A stretch of 64,000 nt of DNA from Owenia fusiformis (GCA_903813345.2 CAIIXF020000001.1:27032001-27096000), one strand, 5' to 3'. Counted from the stretch's first letter, positions 1-14,960 are shown. The notes: generated from the letters alone by a model not told the origin. Made by a program: numbers and translations.

Positions 1-1027
1 AGCTGATGTGTCACCGTACAGTTCTGATCTTTTTTAAATAAATACACTGAATGATTATTTGCCGAATATTCATCTGTTCTAAAATGTGTAGATAACAAAT
101 ACATATTCTCATAAAAATAATCCATACTCTCAGACGACAGTGAAAATAATAACCAAACGAAAAGTGAAAAAACAACATTTTTCTCTCGAGTCGATAATGT
201 GGGCCGATTCACTCAGAAAAATGTTTTTATTACACCCGAAACCGTATTTATTTTCATCTAATTAATCTTTTTAAAACCCTCATTATAGTTTTTGCTTCAA
301 CTCAGTTAATTTTCGTCACCGTACAGAAAACTGTACTACTATATTTTTTGACGCTGTACGGTGACGCCTGCTTACGCGATGGTTAGGCGTGTTTCAAAAA
401 AGATTATCTTTTTAACACCAATGCAAAGATTGAACAAAGGACACACTATTTCAATAATAAAATGCCATATTTAATGGGCCACTTCAATGTTTTAGCATAT
501 CAAAAATATTTTGAAACATTAGTGATGTCACTAAGGTACCCAAAACATTTTGAAAAAAATTGAAATATTTTTTTCGATGTCAATCTTTTCTAAATATGTT
601 AGACTTTCATAAAAAAAACAATGTTGATTGTCTAACCAGGTTAAAAGGAAGAATAAATTATGTTTTAGATATCATTGTACCATTGGTTTCTATGAGAACT
701 AAAATTTTGAAATGCATTTTTCTCAGAACCATTTTTATGCACTGATAAGTTCATTTCTCGCTTATTTATGAACCGATTTTCTTAATTTTTTCGGCAAAAA
801 ACACTTGAGGATGAATGCTATGCATTGGTATGAATTGTGGCTAATTAGAAGATATGAGTGACCTCTAAAAGTTGGTTTTAAATAAATTCACAAATTTTGG
901 AACAAAAAGTTTATCAAAAACCACATTTTGAAATTTAAAAAAAAAGTTTCACATATCACACTTTGCTCATATTGGGTAAGACTACAATATAAGCCAAAGT
1001 GGTTTAAACTTTAGATGGGGCCTTTAA
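1..1027. mobile_element. Right part of a non-autonomous DNA transposon, Kolobok-like end; related fragment in reverse orientation at about 22760-23150
   Basis: Ends GATGGGGCCT followed by TTAA (1024-1027). About 680-1015 recurs reverse-complemented near 22760-23150 (e.g. TTTAAACCACTTTGGCTT). Confidence 0.5.
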
Positions 1028-1249
1028 GCAGAGAACAGAATATATCAATAGTATAAGGTTTCTCAACCAGTGCTAGAATTCTTATGCATTTTCCATTTTT
1101 GAAAAAAATAAATTGTACATGTATTTACATTATTTCTTTTTTGGAATTTGGATTAAATATGATTGTATAATCTTAGCTTTGCAATTTCAATTTAAGTAAA
1201 CTACTATTTTCGCCACACATCATATTATTTTCTAATCTATGAATCAATA

Positions 1250-1787
1250 CACTGGTGATCCACTCGATTACGCTGGTTACCAAAACGAACCGTTTTGGTA
1301 ACAAAATGTCGGAACGTCGAAGGCACGATTTTTCTTTTTTCCTTATTTCACGCGTTGTAGGGAGAATCCCCACGACGTTTTTTCTCACAACGTGCATCAG
1401 TATCATATGTCTTAGAAAATGTACATGTTTGCGAAAAAATAGCTCAGAGGACAACAGAATCGTCGATTTACTTCTTCACTTAAGTTACATAAACGGTTTT
1501 TTCGAAAAACAGTCAAGATCTGCACTTTTAACCCAAACCGTTTATGTAACTTAAGTGAGGAAGTAAATCGACGATTCTGTTGTCTTCTGAACTATTTGTT
1601 CGCAAATATGTACACTTTCTTAAACATATGATACTGATACACGTTTGTGTTAAAAAATGTCGAGGGAATTCTGTCTTCAACGTGTAAAATAAGGAAACGA
1701 GAAAAATCGTACCTTCCGGATGTTCCGACATTTTGTTACCAAAACGAACCGTTTTGGTAACCAGCGTAATCGAGTGGATCACCAGTG
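1250..1787. mobile_element. Near-palindromic MITE with CAC termini and 5-bp TSD (Transib-like); truncated relative at about 38860-39124
   Basis: CACTGGTGATCCACTCGATTACGCTGG...CCAGCGTAATCGAGTGGATCACCAGTG, arms about 250 bp, flanked by CAATA at 1245-1249 and 1788-1792. Confidence 0.85.
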
Positions 1788-4719
1788 CAATAATGGCAGA
1801 TTGAGTTTATCTATATCTCTAAGTCTGCGGTAATACTAAGTCTTGTTAGTGCTGCTGTCTATGTTGTCACTCTACTATACTTAACTCCTAGAAATGCATA
1901 AGATACTCTGTTTGTCTAATTGCATTGTTTAGTATATTTTTGAAAGTATTTATTTTTTATTTTATTTTATTTCATGATAATATAACATCTAACTGTCAAC
2001 TGATAAACCATTAATAAGGAACAGACAAATAAAAACAAATAACATAATTATTATTAAAAAGCCACATGGGTTGCTCATGAACACCAGATGCAATGTATAG
2101 TAGAGTGTAAGGACTTGTAATGTGTATAGACTTCATGTCCCTAGTCATACTGGGGACATCTTGCATACCATTTAATGGATTGTCGCAGAATTCGGCACTC
2201 ATAAATGTTAAAATTATGATGTTTGTTGGAGACCTACCCTTTATTTGACCTGCCCACTTCTTTCCTATCTCATTTATACAGTTGAAATTGTAATTCTTGA
2301 GTTCTTAATTATCATAAATCCTTCGTTCTATAAGTATAATGTCCAAGCAATTTCAACTTCGTTGAACCCTCTCCTCTGGTCGTTATGCAAATCTATATGA
2401 ACACCAAGAAACGAAATTATTATAATAAGATTTCCCTAAAGCTACTAAACGTGTAGCGAGATATCATATTCTTTCATGCTCAGAAAAAAGTTTTGCCGCG
2501 AACATTTTTAGAAATGCCTAGGAGAAAGGTATCTTTGTCTGGGGGTAAAGCGGTTGTAAACGTGACACCAGAAACAACGCCATCGTATTGAAATAATGAT
2601 TTCGATTAGTGAAAAGTTTGACATGCGATACCGCGCATTAAATTTCAAAATTAGTTCCAAATTTTTGACACAAATCTCCTAATTACTCAAGAAATACCAA
2701 ATCACTTCACTAAGAACGTAGCAGAGTGATTTCGGAGCATTCAAAGATAGAGTAGCTGCACTAAGTTTATCGCAGTTTGCTGCCGCATCATTATAAATAT
2801 AGGTATGCGTAATGATATCATGGCCATTGGGAAAGGCTAAATGTGTAAGGCATGTGTCTTTGTGCAGTTTAAAAACTGTGGACCTTCTCCATGAAATCCA
2901 GCTGTTTGGGTTGAATATCTAGTACAGGGTGTGATAATGTTTGCGAATTAATAGTTCTTTAGTTCAAAAACTAAGTACATGTCTGATTCATTCTTAGAAA
3001 ATGAGGGAGTAGAAGGGATTGATCATTTTGTTTCTAATTCGGCTGATACAACGAAAATAAGAAATCTTTTGCATTTGAATGTGACATACAACTGTTGTTT
3101 TTCAAAGCGACGCTAGAGTGGATTACCTCTGTCTCAATTATTTACATTCATTCTCATGAAAAAACTGACTGCACCATGGTTAAAATAGTTTTGTTTGGAT
3201 GTTTTTTCTTAGGAAAAGTAAAGAAAATATATACTTTTTCATTTCCAAAGGCTGGCTGAAGTTTTATTAGTAGTGTGTTTGTGTATCTACTTATACATGC
3301 AGGCCGGTAACCAGGATTTGCCAAGGGGGTTCACTTTTTGAGAAATTCCAGGGGGGTTCACTTTTGACAATTCTGGTCCAAAAATGGCCAAAAAGTGCTC
3401 AGAATGGTGAAAACTGCATGATTTTGAAAGATTTTGCTACTGTAGAATCCTCATAGAAGTCTAACTTTGTTATTTGTGATATGTACGATTAGTAAATTGA
3501 ATGTTTCAGTCTAGAACGCTAGCTAGATACATGTACTTGCCAGAAGATTATCACATAAACAAGTACAAGGAATTTATTTGCTAGCAGTATTTCTGGATTG
3601 GTAAGTTAAATATTAGTCTGAAATAAAGTTTAACAATACACTCAACCTGCAGGTGCAAGCTTGTTATTGACTTAAATCCTCATTTTGATACCTGTATAAT
3701 GTTTATTAATTTTGAAATAATGTTTATCAATTTTGAAATAATGTTTATCAATTTTGAAACTTTTCGTAGATTATTCCTGGGAGCATATGTTCATTGAAAT
3801 TATTTGTCAAAATTATTAAATCTTGTAACACCTGCAACTATTCGATTCATATTTAAATGAGTTGGTCATAAAACAGTAGGTTAATCCGGTAGCCAACAGC
3901 CGTTAGTTGCATTCGCGAATACAAGCTTAGTAACCAATCATCAACTGAAGCTATCTGTAGTTAGAGATACAGTAGGTAGACATAGAAAACATATACCATT
4001 AGATAAAGAATGTCAGCAAATAGATAAGTACACTTTATAACCTTGAACATACAGACAGAAGATGAAATGAATTGAACTCCAAGTGCTCCAAATATGAAAT
4101 TGTTTGAATAGATTCTTATGTAGCCAAAATAAAATTGGGATGTGTTCTTCAGACCCCAACTTTTTGTGTTTGGTATTTACTTTTTTCTTCTCTCTGTTTC
4201 AATGAATGAGAGTGATAGCCCGAGTTCAAAAGTTAGAATACAAGACAACGTTTAGGAAACAAGACAATAGCGCACATCCTCCCATACTTGCCAGTAGCCA
4301 GGATTTACCAAGGGGGAGCTTTTTACACTTTTGGCTAAAAATTCATGCGAAAAGTGCTTGGAAGGGTGAAAAACAGCATGATTTTGAAAGAATTTCTGGC
4401 TTGGGAGGGGGGAGGGGCTTCCGCTGTCCCAGCTCCTCCTGGCTACAAGCCTGCCATATACCCGGTGCTAATTGGCAAAATGTTCAAAGGAATTTACTAT
4501 GCCCTGGCATTGCTATGGTATTTAATTCCAGTTGAACATTATTTTCTTATGGCTGTGTATTAAATGTTTGAAATACCTTTTTGAATTATCATGTTTTTGA
4601 CAAATGAGTATGATAATCCTTCTCATGTGAAAAAGAATAGTTTTGGACACAACATTACATCTGTATTTATACAATTTTGATGTAATTTCATTTTGTGATT
4701 TGTTCTAATTGCAGTTACC

Positions 4720-7700
4720 ATGGCAAGTATGATAACAGATCTGATCAGGCAGTATGATGAGGCCTTACCCCATGCAGGTATGTTTTACAGTTAACGTATG
4801 AGGCCTTAAAAATCAGGCCTATGGCCAGTTTTCATCAAGGAATAGGGATTAGGTTCTAGTTTTTCAAGGGGACTTTCATTATTAGGGTGGTGATAGCTGT
4901 CTTTATGTGCATGCTCCCAGTCAGAGGGCACTGGCGGATCGGCCTTTGGGTGGGCCCAGAAAAAAAATTGGGCCCAAAAAAAGCCTCAAAGCCCCAAAAA
5001 GTGGGCCTTTTAGTCATTACTGGGCCTTGTAAGGCCTTATTTTTTTAATTTCAGGCCAAACTTCGAAGAAAGTGGGTCTAAAGATTTCAAAATTGGACCC
5101 ACTTTTGGGTTATAGTGGCTCGAAAATTTTTTTTTGCATGTATTGAGAAATAGAAAACGTTCTTTATTGGCTATGCTGCATTCTGATTGGTTGAGAAATT
5201 CAAATAGAGCAGGGTCATGTTTGAATTAATCTTAAAAATAGAATGAGAAGGATAAGCTAAACATATATATATTTACTGTGGCCTCATGGCAAATATCTGG
5301 GTTAGTTGAGAAATAAGATGCAATTGTGAAATGATAGCACTTACTTCAGATGGGTTATTTCAGTCTTCTGACTGATTACTTGCATGTCAATCGAGTGTAA
5401 CTTTCCATTTAGCCTAGTTAAGTAACAGTAGAACATTTTTACTTGATTGAAATGGAGAGCCATATGTGCAGGAAAAGGAATTGTTAGTGTTTTACTCTTT
5501 TTAGTTATGCAAAACTCATGCAAAAATTCATTTTATCTTTTCTTGATCTAAATACATGACAACCCAATGCTTCTCATGCTCTCCTATGGGGTAAAACAGA
5601 TTCTCTACTCTATTTTTAATAATATGGAACCCAGTTGTAATTAGGTTTCTGGTGTCATATAAATCAAAATCAATGGAGCCAGGGTGCCATAATTGCCTAG
5701 GATGTAAATTACATTTACAGGTTTGTTGCTTGTTTAATAACTGTAGGTGCTAACATTAATGTTCACTAGAACTGGAGTAGGATGTTCACTTGCTCTGCTC
5801 AGTATTTTTATCTCATTCGGTTGCAGTCCTAAACACATATACACAGGTTCTTACCAGGCCTTGATTCTTGATTCTCAAAGTTTCAGTCACCTTGATAATT
5901 TAAGAATGAGTCCATGCCTGAGCTATGATACTGAGTAAACTCGCTGTTTCATTCATTCAGTATCATTCGGTATGGTAAGTTACCCTCCCTACCCCGCATA
6001 ATACATAAGCGTAGCCACTGGCCAGGGGGGTGCGAAGGGTACCCCCCCCATAACCAATAAAAATGAACCATAGATAGAGGAAAAGAGCTTTAAAATGCTT
6101 TTTATTTAAAACTTCTAGCTCAATTTTGAAGGTAGTTGCATCAAATTTTGTAAAATTCAAAATAAATCTTAATTTTTGGCTTGTATATGCCATAATCGCA
6201 CCCCCTGACTGGAAACCGGAAAAAAATTTGGTGATCGCAACCCCCCCCTGACTGAAAGCTGGCTATGCCCCTGCTTAGAAAGTTGAACATGCTACTTCTT
6301 GGAATGATGATTCATGAACAGCTGGTTGATTTTGTTGTAAGTTAAATGAAAATATCAGGTTCATCTGATAATTTTAACTTGGAATTTCTAGACAAAATAT
6401 CCTTGGCAATCAATTTACTCCAGTAAAGTTTTTTTTATCAGGGCTCCAAAAATCCCAAATCTAATCATGTTATTATTTGCTAGTGATGAGGAGCAAATAT
6501 ACATAATATACTTTATTTTTATCGCACCCTAAGGTGCTATATTGTAATCAGTTTGCCGGCGGGCGTCCTGAATAATCTTGTCTACAGGTTTCCAGCCAAA
6601 TTCTCAGGGATACCTATGAAAGTTTAGAACTGATTAGTTTTTCGGCAATCTGGGTAAATGTTAAGGTGGCCATTTTGGATTTTCCGTCCTAAAATCTTGT
6701 CTACAGGTTTCCAGCCAAACCGTTTGAGGGATTCATTTGAAATTCTCAGGGATGTTTCTACCTATGAAAGTTTAGAAGTGAATAGTTTTTCGGCATTCTG
6801 GGTAAATGTTAAGGTGGCCATTTTGGATTTTCCGTCCTAAAATCTTGTCTGTCAAGGCTTGTCTACAGGTTTCCAGCCAAACCGTTTGAGGGATTCATTT
6901 GAAATTCTCAGGGATACCTATGAAAGTTTAGAACTGATTAGTTTTTAGGCATTCTGGGTAAATGTTAAGGCGGCCATTTTGGATTTTCCGTCCTAAAATC
7001 TTGTCTGTCAAGGCTTGTCTATAGGTTTCCAGCCAAACCGTTTGAGGGATTCATTTGAAATTCTCAGGGATGTTTCTACCTATGAAAGTTTAGAACTGAT
7101 TAGTTTTTAGGCATTCTTGGTAAATGATAAGGGAGCCATTTTTTTTCAGGAAAATCTGAATTGTAGAAAAAAAGCTGATACACTGTGAAGTAATACCTTA
7201 AAACGTGTCTCTTGAGGGTTGTTTACAGGTTTCATGGATTCATCCTAAAATTTTAGAGATGTTTCTATGGAAAGTTTAGAACTGATTAGTTTTTAGGCAG
7301 TCTGGGTAAATGTTAAGGTGGTCATTTTAAATTTTCCATCCCTAAAAGTGTATTCTGTTCAAGGGTGCGATTCTGTTCACCGTGTGGCTTATTTATATAC
7401 ACATACTCCTTAAAAAAGTTAAGGATCTGTCTTTTTCTCATAGGATTACATGTTTAATCCCATGTATTGATGTTTGAACTCTATTTTCTAAGACTTAAAC
7501 AAAGAAAAACTGATAATGTAAATAATAATTATGCAATTATCGGATATATGAAATTATAAAGGAAGTAAGAATGATCCATCCCCTGGACAAAGATCACATG
7601 CCTGATGTCAACGCCATGAGGTAATTGGGACTTCATTATTCCACTGAACTTCAAAGAAGTATGACTACTGAATAAATGTATATTTACCCTGACTCTATTC

Positions 7701-10700
7701 TCTATATTTCGGGAAATTTTCAAGTTAATCTCTCTGTTACAATAGACAAGTTAGCAAATTCAATTGTCTATTTGAATTCCATTTTTGAGAGCAATTATAT
7801 ACGATACCAGTAGAAATAATCTTAATTTATGTCATTGAATATTTAAAATTCAGTCAAAGTGATGTCATATTTGAAATTGACATGTAAAAGTATATCTAGA
7901 AATATGGTCTAGAAATAAGGTTCTCTTATCAACTTTGAAATTTTTTTTTTGAAATGTGACTTCTTGTTCGTGGAGATTCCCCATAGACCCCATGTTATAA
8001 AATCACAAAAAGTGAAATATCTCTTCTTATCCTATGCCAAGTAGAGTTTTAGGGAGATAAGTTGGTAAGATATATCCCGTATCCTGATTTTGAGGTTCCC
8101 ATATCCTGGACCTCCATATCTCCCGCCATATTTCCCGCTCCGGGGCATATCTTCCCGCTTAGAAAAAAGTTTGAAAAAAATAAGAAAAAATTGAAAAAAT
8201 AAAAAATATGAAAAAATCGAAAAAAAAAATTGAAAAAATTGAAAAAAAATTAGAAAAATGTGAAAAAATTGAAAAAATAAAAATTGAAAGAAAATTAGAA
8301 TACTCTACTTGGTATAGGATAAAGCAGTTATGTTCGGTCGGTTTGGATATTGGGTTCATCCCTCGTGAGATATACACATCTACCTTCGGTCCCTACGGTC
8401 CCTCAGGTAGATATGTATATCTCCCTCTGGATAAACCCCATATCCAAAACCTCCCAGTACATAACCTTTATTTGTGTTGGACAGATAATATTTTCTTTTA
8501 TTGGACATATTTTAACTTGCTAATAGATACATAAGGGTGATATGAAAATTGAACCACTAAACTGATGAATATTTAAGTTAAAGGAAACTTTTAACTATAT
8601 CCTGCCATGCTATTTTTGAGGAGTATAATTTATACAGTTTATATGGTTTTCAATGTTTTTTCTTTTTACATTTTGTACTTTGGACTTAAAGCTTTTATTG
8701 TAGGGTCTACAATCTTTCAAACATAACCAATTCTTTGATCTAGACTTTCAAATCAGAATCCTCAATGATAATAGAAGATAACCCCTCTGATATGGCCTTT
8801 CAGATTTGTCCTTTGCGATATAAGATTAAACAAGATTTTGGAGAACATTCTTTTCATTGGAATGTGCTATGCCTGGTCTATTCTCTAGCATTGATTTATA
8901 AGAGTAGGTATAAAAAAATTAAATTATGATATCTTATTTGCAGATCCAAGAACCAAAGATTGGCTGCTGGTCAATAACACTCCGGTATATGTATGGGCTC
9001 TTACTGCCATCTATATGCTGATTGTGTTTCTGGGACCAACTATTATGAAGAATAGACGACCATATGACCTCTCAGCATTCTTGGTAGTCTATAACCTTGG
9101 CCTGGTGGCTCTTTCCGCCTATATGCTAATTGAGGTATGTAAGCGAACATGATGTAAATGAGAACACAATATTATACAAATATAGAATTCTGTGATCGTT
9201 GAATATCTGTATATATTTCTGAAGGTGTATTTGCCGCAGCCCGAAGGGCCAGGTGAATACATCCCTCAGAAATATATACAGATATTAAACGATCACAAAA
9301 TTCAATATTTCTTTTATTATTTCCCCATTAAAGTAGTACACAATATTAAAGTTAGAAGTACAAAATATTGTTATGATATGATGTTTAGTTTCAACATACA
9401 TGTATTTCCAAATGTTTGCCAATATTCTGTTATAATATATCTGTTATATCGGATGGAAATACTTTTTACTAATTTCCTGGGAATTAAGTGATGTGACGTC
9501 ATTTAATTGAATATATAGTGGTATTCACTTAAAATGACGTCACTGGCGCTGAATACACTCTTCACACGTTTTCTAAGCAGGGAGAAATGGAATACCTCTA
9601 TATATTTTTAGTCACATGGTATCTAATTGACCAATGAGAGACTGAGTATCATAACATGGAAATAATAACAAATAATATTTTTACTTTCTACTCTCTAACT
9701 TAGTTAAATGCTGAGAGAATGATCAATTCTAATTGGGTAGTGTATTTTGATTGACCTAATCTGATTGGATAAGACTAGATCCAAGGATTATTACTGGGAA
9801 GGGTAGATTTAAAAATAATCATAAATTGTACCTGACACATTGTACTCTGTGAATATAGAGGCACGAGCAGCCCTCAGGCCTTGTTTTATGAATCAATTGT
9901 AATTCAAGGTACCTATGAGTACATGTATCATGCTATGAGTACATGTACCTGTATATTGAATTCATCCCCTGATCATGTATGTTATGACATGGTGAAGAGA
10001 TTCTCCATAGAAAAGGCCAAATAAAATAGTTTTTTCATAGCTGTTGAAATGCTGTATAATAAGGCATTCTAAAGTTCATGCAAATTCTCACTTTTTACTT
10101 TGTCACCAACATTTGTGGTGACATATTGTTATTGTATCAAACTTTTTTGTGGCAGTGGTTGGTGTTCTGCATTCAGCGTCTGTAACAAATGGCAAGTAGT
10201 AACATTTAGCATGTTAATGCATTTTTAATATTGCTAAATTATATAGCTTTTGATATAATTTTTTCTTATGGCCAGTTTTACTACCTTAGGTGGCCATGAA
10301 TCATTTTTGGCTTTTATTTATTAAGCATATAAAAAGTGTGTACAGGTCCAAAGTCTCTAGTCCAAGTTTTCAAGGTCCCCAGCCCAGCTGGTTAATTACT
10401 ATCTCATCACTTGAATCTGATCTCTAAAATGTAAACACTCAGTACAAATCAGCTGATACATATTTCTTCTAATGATAGTGCATTGTAGCATTGCTTTTAA
10501 GATACATGTATTTCAAAATAATGCAATTGGGTGTTAAAATGAAGGGTCATCATATAAGGAGATTCAGTATTCAAAACCTTAAAGTAATTTCAGTGATTGG
10601 TCTGCAGCCATTAGAATGTATACGATTAATTGTTGTCCCATCGAATGAAGTTCGGAGGGATATAGGGAACACCTACATCTGTCCGTCTGTCCATCTGTCC

Positions 10701-13700
10701 GTCCATTCGGGCAATAACTCAAATACTGTTGGCCTGATTTTGTTAATATTTTGTACACATATACCCTATTGGGGAAGAGGTTCTGCTCGAAAGCCGATTT
10801 TCAAAATGGCCACTCATTAAAAAAATTGTGGCCATTTTAGTGCCGATTTTACAGTTATTTAGGTGCAATATGTAAAAATGTAATAGCAATATGTTTTAAA
10901 TGTAAAAAAATTATATGGGACATTAATAAAGCTAGAAATGTAGATATTGAAGAAGCACATGGCAGCCATCTTGAAAAATGGCGGCTTTTACTCATTGTTT
11001 TACGATTTTTGCTGTAACGCAAAAAGTAGTGGAGCGATTTTGTTCATATTTGGTATGTGAATATTATAAGCAATTGGCACACTGTCTAATGACACTTTTG
11101 ACACTAATGACACTAGAAAGTGGCCATTTTGCTATATACTTTGTTTGTAAAAATGCCAGCCATGGCTGTTCAATGGGATTTGCTATGCTTTGGTGTTGCT
11201 GTTTAACCTGCAATAATATGTACTTTATACTCAGTGCTAATAATTGAGGCTCTCAATGAACTGATAAAATGCAAACCTTTTGAACCCATTCAATGAGTAG
11301 TTCACGGACTCTTATGAGCTGTCATATTATAAGAACTGATTGATGGATAAAAACAAGAAAAATGCTATGATTATTTTAACAAATTGTTCAATATTCACTG
11401 TCAGTGGTTCTCTTGCTCCCACTGGACATTTTTTGCTCATGGGTGTTTATGTGAAACCCCTCAACAATTTTCAAGGGGGTGGGCTGATGATAATAAATAT
11501 CATAAATTTTGGAACCTTAGGACTTTATAATGATAATCACACAATCATTTCATGAACGTTGACCGATATGTGACCGTTTGAATTCCATCTTGACATTAAG
11601 TTGCATTCATATAATTCTGATCTAAACAAAACAAAATTTTGAAGTAAACCATGGTACATGTATGAACATATGTCATTGTTTTTTCATTGAATGTCATTCC
11701 AAAATTTCTGTATCATTCAAGGCAAGGGAGTTCATGTGTTAAGCACATGTAGGACTCTGTTTCAAGAAAATATCAATGGGGTATTAGACACCAACAGTCT
11801 CATATTTCTATTTTTATGTCACCACCAGAAGTTGTTTAAGTCTCAAATTTTTTGAGGCGGCAGCTGGTGTTTGGTGTTTGACATCCGTAACAAATGTAAC
11901 AAATAGTAGGATGTGACATTTTGCATGTTAATGCCCTGTACAGTGTATGTTTTATGTTTCAGATAATTTTGAGTACATGGAATGCTGGTTATTCCTATAT
12001 ATGTACACCATACAGTAAAAAATCATGGGATAATCCAAAAGAACTCAGGGTAAGTAGAAGTGATTGAATGTATTGCCTGTTTTAAAACTTAAACGGGGTC
12101 CAGGAAACTTGGCATGCAAGACATGGCTGCAATGCTATACTGTACAGTATATGCAATGTTGAGTAAAAAAAGTCAGTTGGTCCTATAGTTCAGTGGTAGA
12201 GCACTCGTCTGGAAAACAAGGGGCCATGGGTTCGATCCTCACTGGAACAGAATGACATTTTCCCAATATCCCTTAGTGCAGAATTTTGATGCTTTGTTTT
12301 CCTTAGCGATGACATAGTGATTTAGTTAATCCTACAGCCAGTAATATGTCTCCCCATGTATTTACAAACCATGATTTGGACCACATATTACAGACAAAAA
12401 TAACATCTCACTCAAAGAAATCCTCATGTTTGTTTCTTTTGGTGTACATGTAGTTCAAACCTCAGTTATATGAGTTAAATAAAAATGCCAAATATTTTTT
12501 TTTAATCAGATTCTGTGTGTTATTAATTAAATTTATTTCAACTGCCAAATCCAATATTGTCATATATCACTTTTTATAGGTGTCAGTTTTCCATAAAAAC
12601 AAATACCGGTAGATGATTTTAAAAAACTGTCATACCATCCTGTACTTCCAGGTTGCCAAAGTGCTGTGGTGGTATTTCTTTTCTAAAGCAATAGAGCTAT
12701 TGGATACTGTGTTGATGGTGTTAAGAAAGAAGAACAATCAAATCACCTTCCTGCACTGGTTCCACCATATCTCCATGCTCAACATCTGGTGGTGGGTGAT
12801 GATGTTTATACCAGGGGGCCAATGTAAGTGACATTATTCTGTCTTATTCTGTCTTCAGTTTGGACTATGAATAAATGAGTAGTCGATTTTCTCTCACCAT
12901 TTCCAAACCATGCTGGTTCGAAAACTCATAGTTTCCAATATTGTCTCGATATATATCTACTGAAATTTGCATATTTTATAGAGATGTCACGGAACAAAAA
13001 AAATCGGAACGGTTCGGTTTGGAACATTTTGCTTCGGAACGGAACAATTTCGGAACGGTTCGGAACAGAGTGACTGCGTGTTTAAGATTAAAATAAGTTG
13101 ATCATCTAGGTCTATTTGGTAGCCAAAACTCTTCAATGAGAAAGAGTGAAAAGAATAAACCTCATTTGGTGCAAAATATTGAAAGAAAAATGCTGTTTTG
13201 TGGTAATTTAAGGGCCAAAAGTTGTGAAAGGGTAAAATGTTCTTGTTCCGGAACCGAACCGAAATTCTCAATTTGTGTTCCGTGTTCAGTTCCGAGGGCA
13301 TAATTCCGCGGATCGGAACAAAATCGGGTATCCGTGACACCTCTAATATTTTACACTTGCATTGACTGATGTATGACCTCTTGAAAATTCTCTTATTTTT
13401 AACATGGGAAATCCTCACTTCAGCAAATTTATGACTCATTTATTTATGGTCCAAACTGTAATACTAATTCAAGAGGTGTGGCCCATTTGGACAAATCTCC
13501 ATATTCATTGGTAAAATTTTTCTCATTGCTCCTCTTACACTGTTCAGTTGCGAAAAATAAAGAAGAGAATTCCTATTCGACTAACTTATTAATGATATGT
13601 TGAAAAATAAAATGTTTACATTTTGATTTTTTCATCTTGCACAATTTCTCATATTACTCTCAAAGCAGTTTACATGTAATCAACGATAATGCATTTCTAT

Positions 13701-14960
13701 GTAGAAATGCTCATTGCTTTGTATATGCCATCTATACTTGTGACTTACAATTGGTTTACTTTCAGCCATATTTGGAAGTTCACTTAACTGCTCTGTGCAC
13801 GTCGTAATGTACGCTTATTACGGTCTATCAGCCATCCCATCTTTACGTGGAAAACTATGGTTTAAAAACTACATTACACAGTTTCAGCTGGTGAGGCTCT
13901 TAGGTTATTTTTGAATTTACATTTTTTAGTGCCAAAGAAGGTTTATACTATGTTTTGCACATGATTACAAATTACTGTAGTTAGTTACTGATTTCACCAA
14001 GACATAACTTGAGTGAGAAAAAATTCCAAACATAATTTTCTCTAACCTTCTTGAGTTTGATAATTACATAACTTCAAATGAACAACAACAAACAATGAAT
14101 GTTTCCTAAACAAAGGTTATACTGTATCTGCCAATAAGACAATTTACAATTCATCAGCAAAAAAGAGTGAATAGAGGGAGACATCTATTTAAACTCATAG
14201 TAAAATATGAATACTTTAAATATTTATATTGAATAAAGTTTTTGAAGAAAAAGTCAGGTCAGCTTTTAAAAAGCAAGGAAAATCGAGCTTTTAGAACTGA
14301 ATAAAAAATCCCTAGTCTAGTCTTAATATTTTGAATATTAAGCAAATATTTCATTCTATGGAAGGCAATACCTGTTCATCTTTCAATTATTTTTGCAGTA
14401 TGTATTGCATAGCTGTGCATGTTGTTTCAGCATGCATTGTCTTATGAACATTCTATGACTTATGTATCCAAAATATATTATAAATTTTCTTTGGCCTCAG
14501 TGTGTAATTCTAAATAAAAAATAGTGTAAAATATTCCTGATACATAATATCACTTAACTTTATAAATATTTGTTATTTTGAATCATTGTTAAATCAACTT
14601 TAGATACATGTTAACATCAAATCAAGAGATACTAAATAAATGACTTTTTTGTTCCAGACTCAATTTTGTGTAACATTAGCACACTCGATTCATTCTATAT
14701 ACAAACCATGTGATTTTCCAAAGTGGGGCGAGTGGCTATTGGTTTGGTATATGGTTGCCATGCTGATCCTGTTTTCGAATTTTTATATTCGCACATACAT
14801 GTTAAAGAGACAGAAGGCCAGGGATGCGAAAAATGGAGTTTCTCATAAAAATGGTTTCGTCACCAATGGAAATAGTGTTTCAACCAATGGTGTTTCAACC
14901 AATGGTGTGTTATCAAACGGAGATGCTTCCAATGGACATGTGAAAAAACGAAAAGTTTAA
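4720..14960 (+). CDS. elovl: Elongation of very long chain fatty acids protein (PUFA-type Elovl), 311 aa; coding exons 4720-4777, 8944-9134, 11963-12049, 12652-12823, 13766-13890, 14658-14960; probable 5' UTR exon ending at 2802
   Basis: All introns GT-AG, phases join to 936 nt. Motifs [27 protein letters not shown] (HxxHH), [12 protein letters not shown], ITQFQL, LFSNFY and C-terminal KKRKV ER-retrieval signal. Confidence 0.96.
4930..5137. repeat. GGGCCC-rich dispersed repeat; reverse-oriented copy at about 30035-30223
   Basis: GGCGGATC...AAAAAGTGGGCCTTTTAGTCATTACTGGGCCTT matches the reverse complement of 30035-30223. Confidence 0.7.
6521..7392 (+). mobile_element. Helentron-associated non-autonomous element (HINE/DINE-1 type) with an internal ~140-bp tandem array
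   Basis: Subterminal IR ATCGCACCCT/AGGGTGCGAT in T-rich flanks; 4-5 repeats of TTGTCTACAGGTTTCCAGCCAAACC...GGCCATTTTGG. Confidence 0.65.
10636..11203 (+). mobile_element. HINE/DINE-1-type element (copy 1)
   Basis: 5' TCCCATCGAA and 3' TTCAATGGGA subTIR, (GTCY)n microsatellite, 3' hairpin; colinear with 16100-16931. Confidence 0.75.
12179..12248 (+). pseudogene. Degenerate tRNA-like sequence (SINE head or tRNA pseudogene) in an elovl intron
   Basis: A box TAGTTCAGTGG, B box GGTTCGATCC, anticodon-like loop CT-GGA-AA; acceptor and anticodon stems mispaired. Confidence 0.6.
12979..13345. mobile_element. hAT-family MITE
   Basis: TIR TAGAGATGTCACGGA/TCCGTGACACCTCTA, 8-bp TSD ATATTTTA on both sides, subterminal CGGAAC repeats. 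Confidence 0.9.

Noticed and set aside
8159-9670. Lys/Glu-rich ORF 8208-8534 and ORF 9192-9491
   Set aside because: They come from an A-rich low-complexity tract and unclassified intronic repeats, with no splice or domain support.
12179-12248. Functional tRNA-Ser(GGA)
   Set aside because: Acceptor and anticodon stems mispair, there is no long variable arm, and GGA is atypical for eukaryotic tRNA-Ser.
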